A stretch of 64,000 nucleotides of DNA from a virus, in IMG/VR virus record IMGVR_UViG_3300029711_000003, positions 36,538 to 100,537 of that record, one strand, 5' to 3'. Shown piece by piece: positions 18,271-26,614 of the stretch; position 1 is the first letter of the stretch, and each line of letters begins with the position of its first letter. The notes beneath the pieces are model-generated. The model had not been told where the DNA came from and did not search any database. It was given only the letters and a program-made list of their open reading frames with translations. The translations under genes and the position numbers were made by a program.

Positions 18271-19210
18271 TGATTTGAAGGATTTGTTAATCAATCCTAA
18301 ACCAACACGGAGCGGACAATACATTTCAGATTGCCCGCTTTGTGGTAAAGAACAACACTTTTATATTTCACGTAAAACTCAAATGTGGGATTGTAAGAAG
18401 TGTCATTCTTATGGCAGTATTTATAAGCTCCTACGATTGCTTGATAAAACATATCTGCTTGCTGGTAGTACCATAGAAAATAAGGAACGCATTGAGAGTA
18501 TTCGGGAAATGACTCAGGAGCTTATTAGCAATGATGATATAGAACTTTCGGAGCTGCCTGTTAAGAAGATGCCTGTTGGATGGAAAGTGTCTGCTAAGAG
18601 CACGAAATACTTGTTAAGCCGTGGCATAACTCCTGAAGATTGTAAGCGTTACAATATCGGAGCTACTGATATGTTTCGTAAGTACGAAAATTATGTACTG
18701 ATTCCAATTTACGATGATGGTAAAATAAGAGGATTTTTGGGCAGATACGGAGACAAAAAAGTTCCTGAAGATAAATTACGCTATAATAATAGTATAGGAA
18801 CGGAGTTTGCCGAATTATTGTTTGGATATGATGAAATAACAGGCAATACCAGTACAGTCGTATTAGTCGAAGGAGTGTTTGATAAAATTGCCGTTGATAA
18901 AGTCCTTCATCTTTGGGATGGAGAAGAAGTAAAATGTGTTTGTACTTTTGGTAAAAAGATAAGTGACAAACAAATAAAGAAACTGATGTTGAAAGGAGTT
19001 ACAAATGTAATATTGTTATATGATTTTGACGCTATTAAGGAAATCAAAAAGTATGGTTTGGAGCTTGAAAAATACTTTGTTACAAGTATTACTTATACCA
19101 ATAAAAAAGATATAGATGAATGCTCAGAAGATGAAGCGTTGGAAGTTTTCACCCATTTGATGAAACCAAAAGATTTTAATGAGGGTGTAATCGGTAAATT
19201 AAAGAAGTAA
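18251..19210 (+). CDS. DNA primase (Zn-ribbon + TOPRIM)
   Basis: 319 aa. Zn-ribbon CPLCGKEQHFY...DCKKCHSYG. TOPRIM motifs VVLVEGVFDKIA and LLYDFDAIK. Confidence 0.75.
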   Translation: MKLISDDDLKDLLINPKPTRSGQYISDCPLCGKEQHFYISRKTQMWDCKKCHSYGSIYKLLRLLDKTYLLAGSTIENKERIESIREMTQELISNDDIELSELPVKKMPVGWKVSAKSTKYLLSRGITPEDCKRYNIGATDMFRKYENYVLIPIYDDGKIRGFLGRYGDKKVPEDKLRYNNSIGTEFAELLFGYDEITGNTSTVVLVEGVFDKIAVDKVLHLWDGEEVKCVCTFGKKISDKQIKKLMLKGVTNVILLYDFDAIKEIKKYGLELEKYFVTSITYTNKKDIDECSEDEALEVFTHLMKPKDFNEGVIGKLKK

Positions 19211-19213
19211 GGT

Positions 19214-19651
19214 ATGGAAACAAAAAAGAAGACAAGAAATTTATCCGTTGCTGAATACTTTCTTGTTATTCAGAAAGAATACTTGATTGCTGAATTTAGA
19301 AAGAAAATCTATTTTAGCAAGAATGACAAGAATTATTATCAGCGAGTAATGAACGGTAAGCGTGAAAAAATTGAAATGATTTCCAAGCGCAACCGTTTAG
19401 ACAACATATTTAACAATGCTGCTAAGATGGAAGAAATGAGAAACGAGCTTTTTGACCGTCTTGGTAAACCAAAGTTTGAAATGTCTCAAACGGACATTGA
19501 TAACTATTATTCCGTTGGCAATGAATTTTCTTTCCGTGGTGATATTTGGATTTTAGACCAAGTAAACAGCGATGGTACGCTCACGCTGTATTCTGCTAAA
19601 TTACAACAATACGAAACGGCTGATAAATCTGAAGTTTGTAGGATTTTATAA
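19214..19651 (+). CDS. hypothetical protein
   Basis: 145 aa. ATG 3 nt after the primase stop. Confidence 0.5.
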   Translation: METKKKTRNLSVAEYFLVIQKEYLIAEFRKKIYFSKNDKNYYQRVMNGKREKIEMISKRNRLDNIFNNAAKMEEMRNELFDRLGKPKFEMSQTDIDNYYSVGNEFSFRGDIWILDQVNSDGTLTLYSAKLQQYETADKSEVCRIL

Positions 19652-19700
19652 GATTCAATAATTCATTATTTTCTGTGGGTTTGTCCTGGTTTTTGCTAAA

Positions 19701-19813
19701 CAAAAGTTAAAATTTTGGGCAAACCCAAATTTTTTCCAAAAATTATTTTGCCGTTTGTAAAATTCTCCGTACCTTCGCTTCAGAATTGTAAATGAAATCG
19801 TAAATTGAATTGT
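19701..19813 (+). promoter_or_regulatory. class-1 terminator-promoter cassette, copy A
   Basis: AGTTAAAATTTTGGGCAAACCCAAA box/hairpin plus T-run. TTTG (19747-19750), 19-nt spacer, then TACCTTCG (19770-19777), which fits Bacteroides -33 TTTG / -7 TAnnTTTG. The leader carries ATTGTAAA / ATCGTAAA / ATTGTATG repeats at 19785, 19797 and 19809. Confidence 0.6.
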
Positions 19814-20458
19814 ATGAATGCTAAAATAAAAATGTCCGAAAGGCTTTATCGTCGCTATGAGTATCTTGCTCCGAGATACGCCAGTAGGATATTCTCATAC
19901 GAGCAATTGTCTTATGAATATGAAGATTTGGTACAAGAGTTCCGTATCAAGATTTTCACTTCCATTAAGGCTTATGGACGTAGATGGCTAAGGTATCGGA
20001 GAGGTGAAGCACCCAAGCCAGTTCCTTTGAAATACTATTTGGAAGCAGCATGTTCTAATAAGATGCGTGATTTCACTAAGTATATTACAAGAGAGAACAA
20101 TAAAACGAGTATTGATGAAATCCATTATGATTATGGAGTTAATGACGATACAACAATTTCTCCTGAACGCAATATCTTTATAGTAAATGGCGTGAATTTA
20201 TTGGAGGGATTGACTGGTAAGGAAAGAGCCGTTTTTTCTCTTTATTTGCGAGGTTGCAATAAAATTTTGCTTAACAAAGTTTATTTTAGCAATAAAGAAG
20301 AAAAACGGTTGAGAAAAGAAGTTTTGGAAACTGGCGATGAGCCGTTTGGCGTAGCAGATATAATAGATTTACAAAAGAGCTATTTGATTCGCAAGTACGG
20401 AAATGACTTACTCCAGCAAAACCGAGTTTTTTCAACTTACAACTTCGATGAAGAATAA
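19814..20458 (+). CDS. sigma-70-family-like transcription factor (phage sigma, candidate)
   Basis: Start set to ATG 19814 (track uses TTG 19805). Region-2-like YEDLVQEFRIKIFTSIKAY...PLKYYLEAACSNKMRDFTKY. Region-4-like LTGKERAVFSLYLRG. Confidence 0.5.
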   Translation: MNAKIKMSERLYRRYEYLAPRYASRIFSYEQLSYEYEDLVQEFRIKIFTSIKAYGRRWLRYRRGEAPKPVPLKYYLEAACSNKMRDFTKYITRENNKTSIDEIHYDYGVNDDTTISPERNIFIVNGVNLLEGLTGKERAVFSLYLRGCNKILLNKVYFSNKEEKRLRKEVLETGDEPFGVADIIDLQKSYLIRKYGNDLLQQNRVFSTYNFDEE

Positions 20459-20496
20459 CTTTTTAACATAGTAATAACTTAAAAATTGTAAAGAAA

Positions 20497-21696
20497 ATGG
20501 CAACAAAATTGAATCCAGCAACTGCTAAGAAAGTGAAGGCATTGGGTATTAATGCTAAATCAGAAGAAGATGCACGTGAGAAACTGCTTGAAATCCTGAA
20601 GGACAACGGCATTGACGGCATGGAAGAGGAAGACACCGAAACTCTTATTGACATTGCCGAGAGCTATGTTGAGGAAGGCGGTGAAAATGAATCAGAAGAG
20701 CAAGAGGCAGAAGAGCTTGCTAATGAAGCTGAGGAAGAGGAAACTGAAGAAGAAAAGCCGAAGGCAAAGGTCAAGAAAGCTCCTGCTAAGGATGACGATG
20801 AAGAAGAGGAAGAAGAAACTGAAGAAGAGCCTGAAGAGGAAGAAACTGAAGAAGGTGATGAGTTTGACGAAATGGACAGAACGGAGTTGAAATCCTATAT
20901 CAAGAAGAATGGGCTGGAAATTACTGTCAAGAAGTCTATGACTGATGACGACATCCGTGACCTCATTCGTGAAGCAGTAAATGATGAAGAGGAAGAAACG
21001 GAGGAAGCAGAAGAGGAAGCTCCAGCATCGAAAGAAAAGGCTGCTAAGAAAGCTGAAACGAAAGCTCCTGAGAAGCCTGCGAAGAAGAAAGAGGAAAAGA
21101 AAGAAACTAAGTCAAAACCTGCCGGCAAGCGTGGTACTAAACTTGACCCGAAGAACAACGAAGATGACCGCAAGGCATTTGCTCCTTTGAAAAAGCTGTT
21201 CCCTGAAGATGAGTTCAACTATGCTTGGGTAGCAAGCGCAGGAGTTACAATCAAACATAAGGGTACAAACTCCAACCGTTCTATGGTTCTGATTGAGAAC
21301 TGTTCTCAGATGCCCGATGGTTCTATCAAGTGTAACTTGTATCTGCTTACTTTCAACAAGCAGCTTGAAGTTCTTGATGAAGCAGGTATTGAGTACGAAA
21401 AGTGCTGGAGCGGTGCACCGCTTATCAAGGGCATAACTCTTGATGAGGCAATCGAAATCATCAAAGGCTTGCTTGACAACATTCTGTCTTCTGTAAAGAA
21501 AATCGACAAGAAGCTGGGAGAAAACCGCAAAAAGATGGAGGAAAATCTGAACAAGAAAGCTCCGAAGAAAGCGGCAAAGCCTGCTAAGGATGATGACGAT
21601 GAAGAAGAGGAAGAAACTGAGGAAGAAGAAACGCCGAAGGCAAAACCTGCCTCAAAGAAGGCTGTAGCAACAAAGAAAACTACAAAGAAAAAGTAA
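20497..21696 (+). CDS. acidic/basic low-complexity protein with HeH/SAP-like motif
   Basis: 399 aa. Poly-Glu tracts alternate with KPKAKVKKAPAK-type tracts. HeH-like DRTELKSYIKKNGLEITVKKSMTDDDIRDLI (20875-20976). Globular C-domain, then a Lys-rich tail. Confidence 0.55.
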   Translation: MATKLNPATAKKVKALGINAKSEEDAREKLLEILKDNGIDGMEEEDTETLIDIAESYVEEGGENESEEQEAEELANEAEEEETEEEKPKAKVKKAPAKDDDEEEEEETEEEPEEEETEEGDEFDEMDRTELKSYIKKNGLEITVKKSMTDDDIRDLIREAVNDEEEETEEAEEEAPASKEKAAKKAETKAPEKPAKKKEEKKETKSKPAGKRGTKLDPKNNEDDRKAFAPLKKLFPEDEFNYAWVASAGVTIKHKGTNSNRSMVLIENCSQMPDGSIKCNLYLLTFNKQLEVLDEAGIEYEKCWSGAPLIKGITLDEAIEIIKGLLDNILSSVKKIDKKLGENRKKMEENLNKKAPKKAAKPAKDDDDEEEEETEEEETPKAKPASKKAVATKKTTKKK

Positions 21697-21731
21697 TTTG
21701 CGTAACTGCATAAATGATAGATAGAGATTGG

Positions 21732-21778
21732 AAGGAGCTGCTTGAGAAAGTGGCTCCTTTTTCTTTTTACAACGTTAC
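21732..21778 (+). terminator. class-2 terminator + TACAACGTTAC box
   Basis: Hairpin AAGGAGCTGCTT-GAGA-AAGTGGCTCCTT plus T-run, then TACAACGTTAC (21768-21778). Near-identical cassette at 37990-38036. Confidence 0.7.
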
Positions 21779-21816
21779 TTACATAGTTAGAAATAATAAG
21801 TTAAACAAATTGAAAT

Positions 21817-23016
21817 ATGGAAAATATTGATTTCAAAAATGTGTTTATTCCGCCACTTGGCGTAATTTCAACTTCACAATTCAGTGAGATGTATCCTGTG
21901 GTTAATGACTATATTCTCAATGAAATGAAGTTTGAGGATAGCAGGGATGGAAAGGTAAAGGAAATGCTTGATATTAAAACAATGTTAAGCAATCCGTATC
22001 GTAGATGCGTAGGCGGTTATCGAAGAAACATAAATGTGTTCTTTTTGCTTGCTGAAGCTATGTGGATTGTTTTAGGCAGGAAAGATGTTGAGACATTAGT
22101 CAATTTCAATAACAATATGAAAAACTTTTCCGATGATGGTGAAACATTTCACGCTCCTTATGGTTTTCGTTTGCGCCATTGGGGTATAAGGACAGAGGAT
22201 AAGTTTGAGGAAGGAGTTAATACTGCTCAAGGTTCAGACCAAGTTTTGAATGCTATCAAACTTTTGACGGAAAATCCTAACACCCGTCAAGTTGTTATGT
22301 CTATTTGGAATCCAAACTTTGATTTAGGATTCAAAACAAAAGACATACCTTGTAATGATATGGTGATGTTAAAGATAAGGAACGGAAAGCTGATAACAAC
22401 GGTTCAAAATCGTAGCAACGACTTGCATTGGGGTTTGCCTACGAACATATTCCAGTTCTCATTCCTCACCGAAGTTATGGCGGCTTGTTTAGGTATAGAG
22501 CTTGGCACTCAAACTCATAATTCTCAGAGCCTACATATATATGAGTGGAATGATGTTGCTAATGTTATGGATGAAGAATATAAGAAAATCGGAAACGGTT
22601 TTGATTTGTATCATTGGGCTCATGAGAAGCATATGGATTTCAACTTCAATCACGAAGTTCCTGCTAACCGTTTCCGTGAGATTGAATACAATTTTTCGGT
22701 TATTATCGAAAATCTGAATAAAGTTGCTAAGGGAGAGAGTGAGAACAACGATGAAATCCAAGCATTAGCAATGTTTTCTAATTATCTGTATAACTCTTAT
22801 CTGTTATTGAAGATTTATTTGGATTACAAGCATGATATTAAGTCTGCTAAGACGGATGAGGAAAAGGATGTTGCCCGTTTGAAGGCAATTTCAGATATTG
22901 AATTGATAGAAATTGAGAACAAGTTACAAGGATGGGACATTTCAGTTCTTGCTAAGAATTTCTTTGCCGCAAGGTTACACAATAAGGTAGAACATGAATA
23001 CATTGGTAAGTTATGA
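21817..23016 (+). CDS. ThyA-family pyrimidine C5 transferase (thymidylate synthase or dUMP hydroxymethylase) with ~130-aa C-terminal extension
   Basis: 399 aa. MSIWNP. Catalytic Cys in DIPCNDM (PCH in canonical ThyA). NRSNDLHWGLPTNIFQF corresponds to RSxDxxLGxPFN with the Asn retained. SLHIY. Confidence 0.7.
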   Translation: MENIDFKNVFIPPLGVISTSQFSEMYPVVNDYILNEMKFEDSRDGKVKEMLDIKTMLSNPYRRCVGGYRRNINVFFLLAEAMWIVLGRKDVETLVNFNNNMKNFSDDGETFHAPYGFRLRHWGIRTEDKFEEGVNTAQGSDQVLNAIKLLTENPNTRQVVMSIWNPNFDLGFKTKDIPCNDMVMLKIRNGKLITTVQNRSNDLHWGLPTNIFQFSFLTEVMAACLGIELGTQTHNSQSLHIYEWNDVANVMDEEYKKIGNGFDLYHWAHEKHMDFNFNHEVPANRFREIEYNFSVIIENLNKVAKGESENNDEIQALAMFSNYLYNSYLLLKIYLDYKHDIKSAKTDEEKDVARLKAISDIELIEIENKLQGWDISVLAKNFFAARLHNKVEHEYIGKL

Positions 23017-26000
23017 CAAAAAGTCTATCTGAATGGATTGAAAACAACAAACTTTCGGTATCGGAGTCAAAAATCAATGACTCCGATATTGTAAGTATTG
23101 AAGGTGTTGGAACATTCCTTTATGTACATCCGTTTGACGGTAAGATAATTGATGAAGATTTTGCTTTCATATTATCGGATGAAGAGTTTGATTTGCTTGA
23201 TGAAAAGAAAGTAGATTACATATTGTTTGAGTTCGGTAAGAAATTCTATTATTCCAGTCCTAAACAATCGAAGAACAGATACAACGAAATCATTTACAAA
23301 CCTGAGTTCAATGATTTCAAGTATTTGGGTACAACGAAAGAAACAACAGAAGATATATTTCCATTTGTTCACCTTGGAGTTCATTCCGAGTATGAAATGT
23401 TGAATGGTTCGGGAGCCTGTGAGTTGTGGGCTAAGAAAGCTGCCTTTATGAAAGTTAAGGCTTTGGGCATATGTGATAAAAATACTATGGCTGGAGTTCT
23501 TTCATTTCAGACCGCTTGTGAAAAGAAAGGGGTGAAGTCAATAATAGGTGAAACCGTAACTGTAGCAATAGATTATTCCGAAGAAAAACAAAACCAAGAA
23601 ACATTTGAATTAAAGCTATATGTTTTGAATTATGAGGGGTGGAAAAATCTGTTGCTTATCAATAAAGCTATAAATGTTGACTATGATGGTTTTATTCCTG
23701 ATACGTTACTTTATACGCTGGGAAAGGGCTTATGCTGCGTAGTGCCCAAAGAGAGTGAATTCAACTACATTAAGGATGATAAGGTGAAAGTGTTAAAACT
23801 TATAGCCAAATACAAAAAGACGTTTGACCAAGTCTATTATCAAATTGATACGGTTGAATATACTTCTCAACAATTATTCCGTAAGCACTTGGAAAACATT
23901 GATACTTATATAATGAAATACAAAAGGTTCATCAAGCCTATCTTAATCAATGATTCATATTATCTTGATGCCGAAGAAGGTGGATTGAAATCTTTGTTGA
24001 ATAAGGTATCGGGAAAGGCTGCGCCTGAATCAAACAATCAATTCTTCAAGAGCTTTATGGATACCTTGGAATCATATAAGGAATGGGGAGAGGTATCGGA
24101 GCTATGGGACATTATTTTATCAGGAAGACATTATGCTGAAAAGCTCACAGATAAAATTGATTTCCGCATAAATACTGGAGAACGTAAGTTGCCTCATTTT
24201 GAGGTTAAGGATGTTGAAGGACTGTTCTTTCAGGAGCTTGAACGTGGAATAAACGAGCGTTTGGGAGATTTGCCTCCAAAGAAGATGAAAGAATATCTCA
24301 AGCAGATAGAAACCGAGTGCGCTGTTATAGTTCCTAATGGTTTGTGCGATTATTTTATGATACTTTGGGACATCATAAAGTGGTGTCATGATAATGATAT
24401 AAACACTGGTCCAGGACGTGGTTCAGTTTGCGGTAGTCTTATAGCGTACTGTTTACATATAACAGACGTTGACCCATTGAAGTATGGATTGATGTTTGAG
24501 CGTTTCTTGAATGAAACACGTGTATCGGGAGAGCGAGCGAAAAGTGCGGACAGTATGCCTGATATAGATGTTGATTTTCCAACAGAGTTCCGTGATGCTG
24601 TTAAAGAGTACATCAAAGAAAAGTATGGTTATGCTTACACTTGTAGTATTGGTACATATACGAGAATGAAGCTCAAAACTTGTATCAAGGACTTCGGAAA
24701 GGTTAAGGGATTGTCATTTGATTTGACAAATAAATTGACTAAGGATATAGATGACCAAATAGAATACACTTGGGGAGATTTGATTGAATATGCAAGCAAG
24801 TCGAAACTTCTTTTCAAGTTTGTTCAGGAAAATCCTGAATTGGTTCATATGACCAAATATGCACTTCTTCAGCCGAAAGCTGAAAGCGTACACCCGTCAG
24901 CCGTTATTATCGTACCTAAACATGCTGTGGACGGTACGAACAGAGAAATGGACTTGTGGGAGTGGATGCCTGTAAAGAAAATTGATGGTGTATTGGTATC
25001 TGAATGGGAAGGAAAGTACATTGATAAGTCAGGTTTTTTGAAAGAGGATATTCTTGGACTTTCTCAGCTTGATAAGTTTAAGAGTATTTTGAAACTTATT
25101 GAAAATAATTGTCACAAGAAAATAGATGTTAACAAGATACCGCTGGACGATGAAGCGACATTCCGATATTTCAAACGTGGTTGGAATGAAGATGTATTTC
25201 AGTTCGGTACGACTGGGTTGATGAATTATTGTCGTCAAGTTAAGCCTGATAGTTTGGAAAACCTTATAGCCATGACTGCTTTGTTCAGACCTGGACCCAT
25301 GGAGCTTAATGCGCATCAAGACTTTGCTGATATTAAGAACGGAAAGAAGAAACCTGTGTATGACTTTGGTATGGAAGATATAACCAAAGAAACTTATGGA
25401 CTTTATGTGTATCAAGAGCAGGTTATGCAAGCCGTAGTTGTCGGAGGTTTGACGAAGGTTGAATCAGACGTTCTCCGTACTACGATTAAGAAGAAGGATG
25501 TGAAAACACTGGCTTCATTTGGCGATAAGTTTAAGGATGGATATGCTAAACTTTTGTCAAAGAATGGTATCAAAAATCCTGAAGAGTATGCTAATCACGT
25601 ATGGTATAAGCTGCTTGCCTTTTCAGGGTATGGTTTTAACAAATCACACGCTGCCGCTTATTCTATAATGTCTTATTGGAGCCAATGGTTTAAGGTTAAT
25701 TATCCGTTGGAATTTTGGACAACTGCTCTTCAATTCTCCAAAGAGGGAGAAGTGCCATACCGTTTAGCTGAGTTGAAAAAGACAGGAGCTGAAATTGAGA
25801 TACGTCCACCTGATGTTAATTTCTCCGATATAAATTTCACTTGCGATGCGAAAGAACAGCGCATCTTCTTCAGCCTGACGAAAATTAAGGGAGTAGGAGA
25901 AGTGGCGGTGAAGAATATAATGGATACAAGGCACGCAGGTGGGCAGTTCTATTCGTTGGAAGAGTTCCTCAGCCGAGTACCCAGTAAGGTAAACAAAACT

Positions 26001-26564
26001 GTTGTAAAATGCTTAATAGTAGCTGGAGCGTTTGACCTGATAGAAGGTGTTAACAATCCGAGAGATAGAAAGAAGCTGCTGGAGAAGTATTTGGAAAGCA
26101 AGAATGAAAGTTTACCAGAAGAATACTCAGGAGCGGATAGCAATTCCAACGCATTTTGGATTTTGGAACAAAAACGTCTTACTGGGTTTGGAGAAGTAGA
26201 TTATGAAACCATGATACGTGATGCCATTCCTAACAAGCGTTTGTCTAAGTTGTATGTCAATGATAGCGAGTTCCTTGATACTAAGGAAAAAACGGAAGTT
26301 GTTATTGCCGGCAAACTTATATTCTATCGTGAGCGTGATATTAAGAACGGAAAGGTGTGTACTATTCAGATAGACTGTAATAATACTATTTTGAACGCCA
26401 TTCTTTGGCCAGACGCATACGAGAAGATTGATGAGGATATAGCTAATTTGAAGGGTTGTATCGTAGCTTTGAGCGGTACGGTTGAAAAAGACCGATATAG
26501 GAATGAAAAAAACTTGTATAGTAACAATAAAACAAAGTTATATGTTATATCAGAATCAAAATAA
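23013..26564 (+). CDS. dnaE: DNA polymerase III alpha subunit (DnaE-type replicase)
   Basis: 1183 aa. PHP N-terminus (HLGVHSEYEMLNGSG), GRGSVCGSLIAYCLHITDVDP, PDIDVDF, FRPGPM, GYGFNKSHAAAYS. Confidence 0.9.
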   Translation: MTKSLSEWIENNKLSVSESKINDSDIVSIEGVGTFLYVHPFDGKIIDEDFAFILSDEEFDLLDEKKVDYILFEFGKKFYYSSPKQSKNRYNEIIYKPEFNDFKYLGTTKETTEDIFPFVHLGVHSEYEMLNGSGACELWAKKAAFMKVKALGICDKNTMAGVLSFQTACEKKGVKSIIGETVTVAIDYSEEKQNQETFELKLYVLNYEGWKNLLLINKAINVDYDGFIPDTLLYTLGKGLCCVVPKESEFNYIKDDKVKVLKLIAKYKKTFDQVYYQIDTVEYTSQQLFRKHLENIDTYIMKYKRFIKPILINDSYYLDAEEGGLKSLLNKVSGKAAPESNNQFFKSFMDTLESYKEWGEVSELWDIILSGRHYAEKLTDKIDFRINTGERKLPHFEVKDVEGLFFQELERGINERLGDLPPKKMKEYLKQIETECAVIVPNGLCDYFMILWDIIKWCHDNDINTGPGRGSVCGSLIAYCLHITDVDPLKYGLMFERFLNETRVSGERAKSADSMPDIDVDFPTEFRDAVKEYIKEKYGYAYTCSIGTYTRMKLKTCIKDFGKVKGLSFDLTNKLTKDIDDQIEYTWGDLIEYASKSKLLFKFVQENPELVHMTKYALLQPKAESVHPSAVIIVPKHAVDGTNREMDLWEWMPVKKIDGVLVSEWEGKYIDKSGFLKEDILGLSQLDKFKSILKLIENNCHKKIDVNKIPLDDEATFRYFKRGWNEDVFQFGTTGLMNYCRQVKPDSLENLIAMTALFRPGPMELNAHQDFADIKNGKKKPVYDFGMEDITKETYGLYVYQEQVMQAVVVGGLTKVESDVLRTTIKKKDVKTLASFGDKFKDGYAKLLSKNGIKNPEEYANHVWYKLLAFSGYGFNKSHAAAYSIMSYWSQWFKVNYPLEFWTTALQFSKEGEVPYRLAELKKTGAEIEIRPPDVNFSDINFTCDAKEQRIFFSLTKIKGVGEVAVKNIMDTRHAGGQFYSLEEFLSRVPSKVNKTVVKCLIVAGAFDLIEGVNNPRDRKKLLEKYLESKNESLPEEYSGADSNSNAFWILEQKRLTGFGEVDYETMIRDAIPNKRLSKLYVNDSEFLDTKEKTEVVIAGKLIFYRERDIKNGKVCTIQIDCNNTILNAILWPDAYEKIDEDIANLKGCIVALSGTVEKDRYRNEKNLYSNNKTKLYVISESK

Positions 26565-26614
26565 TATGAAACAGGAAGAAGAAATAATTGTTGTTTTCCC
26601 TTGGACAATTTTTA

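Noticed and set aside
20612-21190. Lys/Arg-rich + strand alternative-frame ORFs (20612-20890, 20981-21190). Similar cases: 28837-29031, 29035-29223, 44284-44787, 42699-43043, 50518-50871
   Set aside because: These are frame-shifted readings of purine-rich repeats (GAAGAAG read as AAG/AGA). The annotated frames contain globular domains and sensible starts and stops; these do not.
20700-21650. Repetitive GAAGAAGA/GAGGAAGAA stretches (also 28950-29350) that could look like a repeat array
   Set aside because: They are not CRISPR. There are no constant-length direct repeats separated by unique spacers. They are in-frame codon repeats encoding poly-Glu/Lys tracts.
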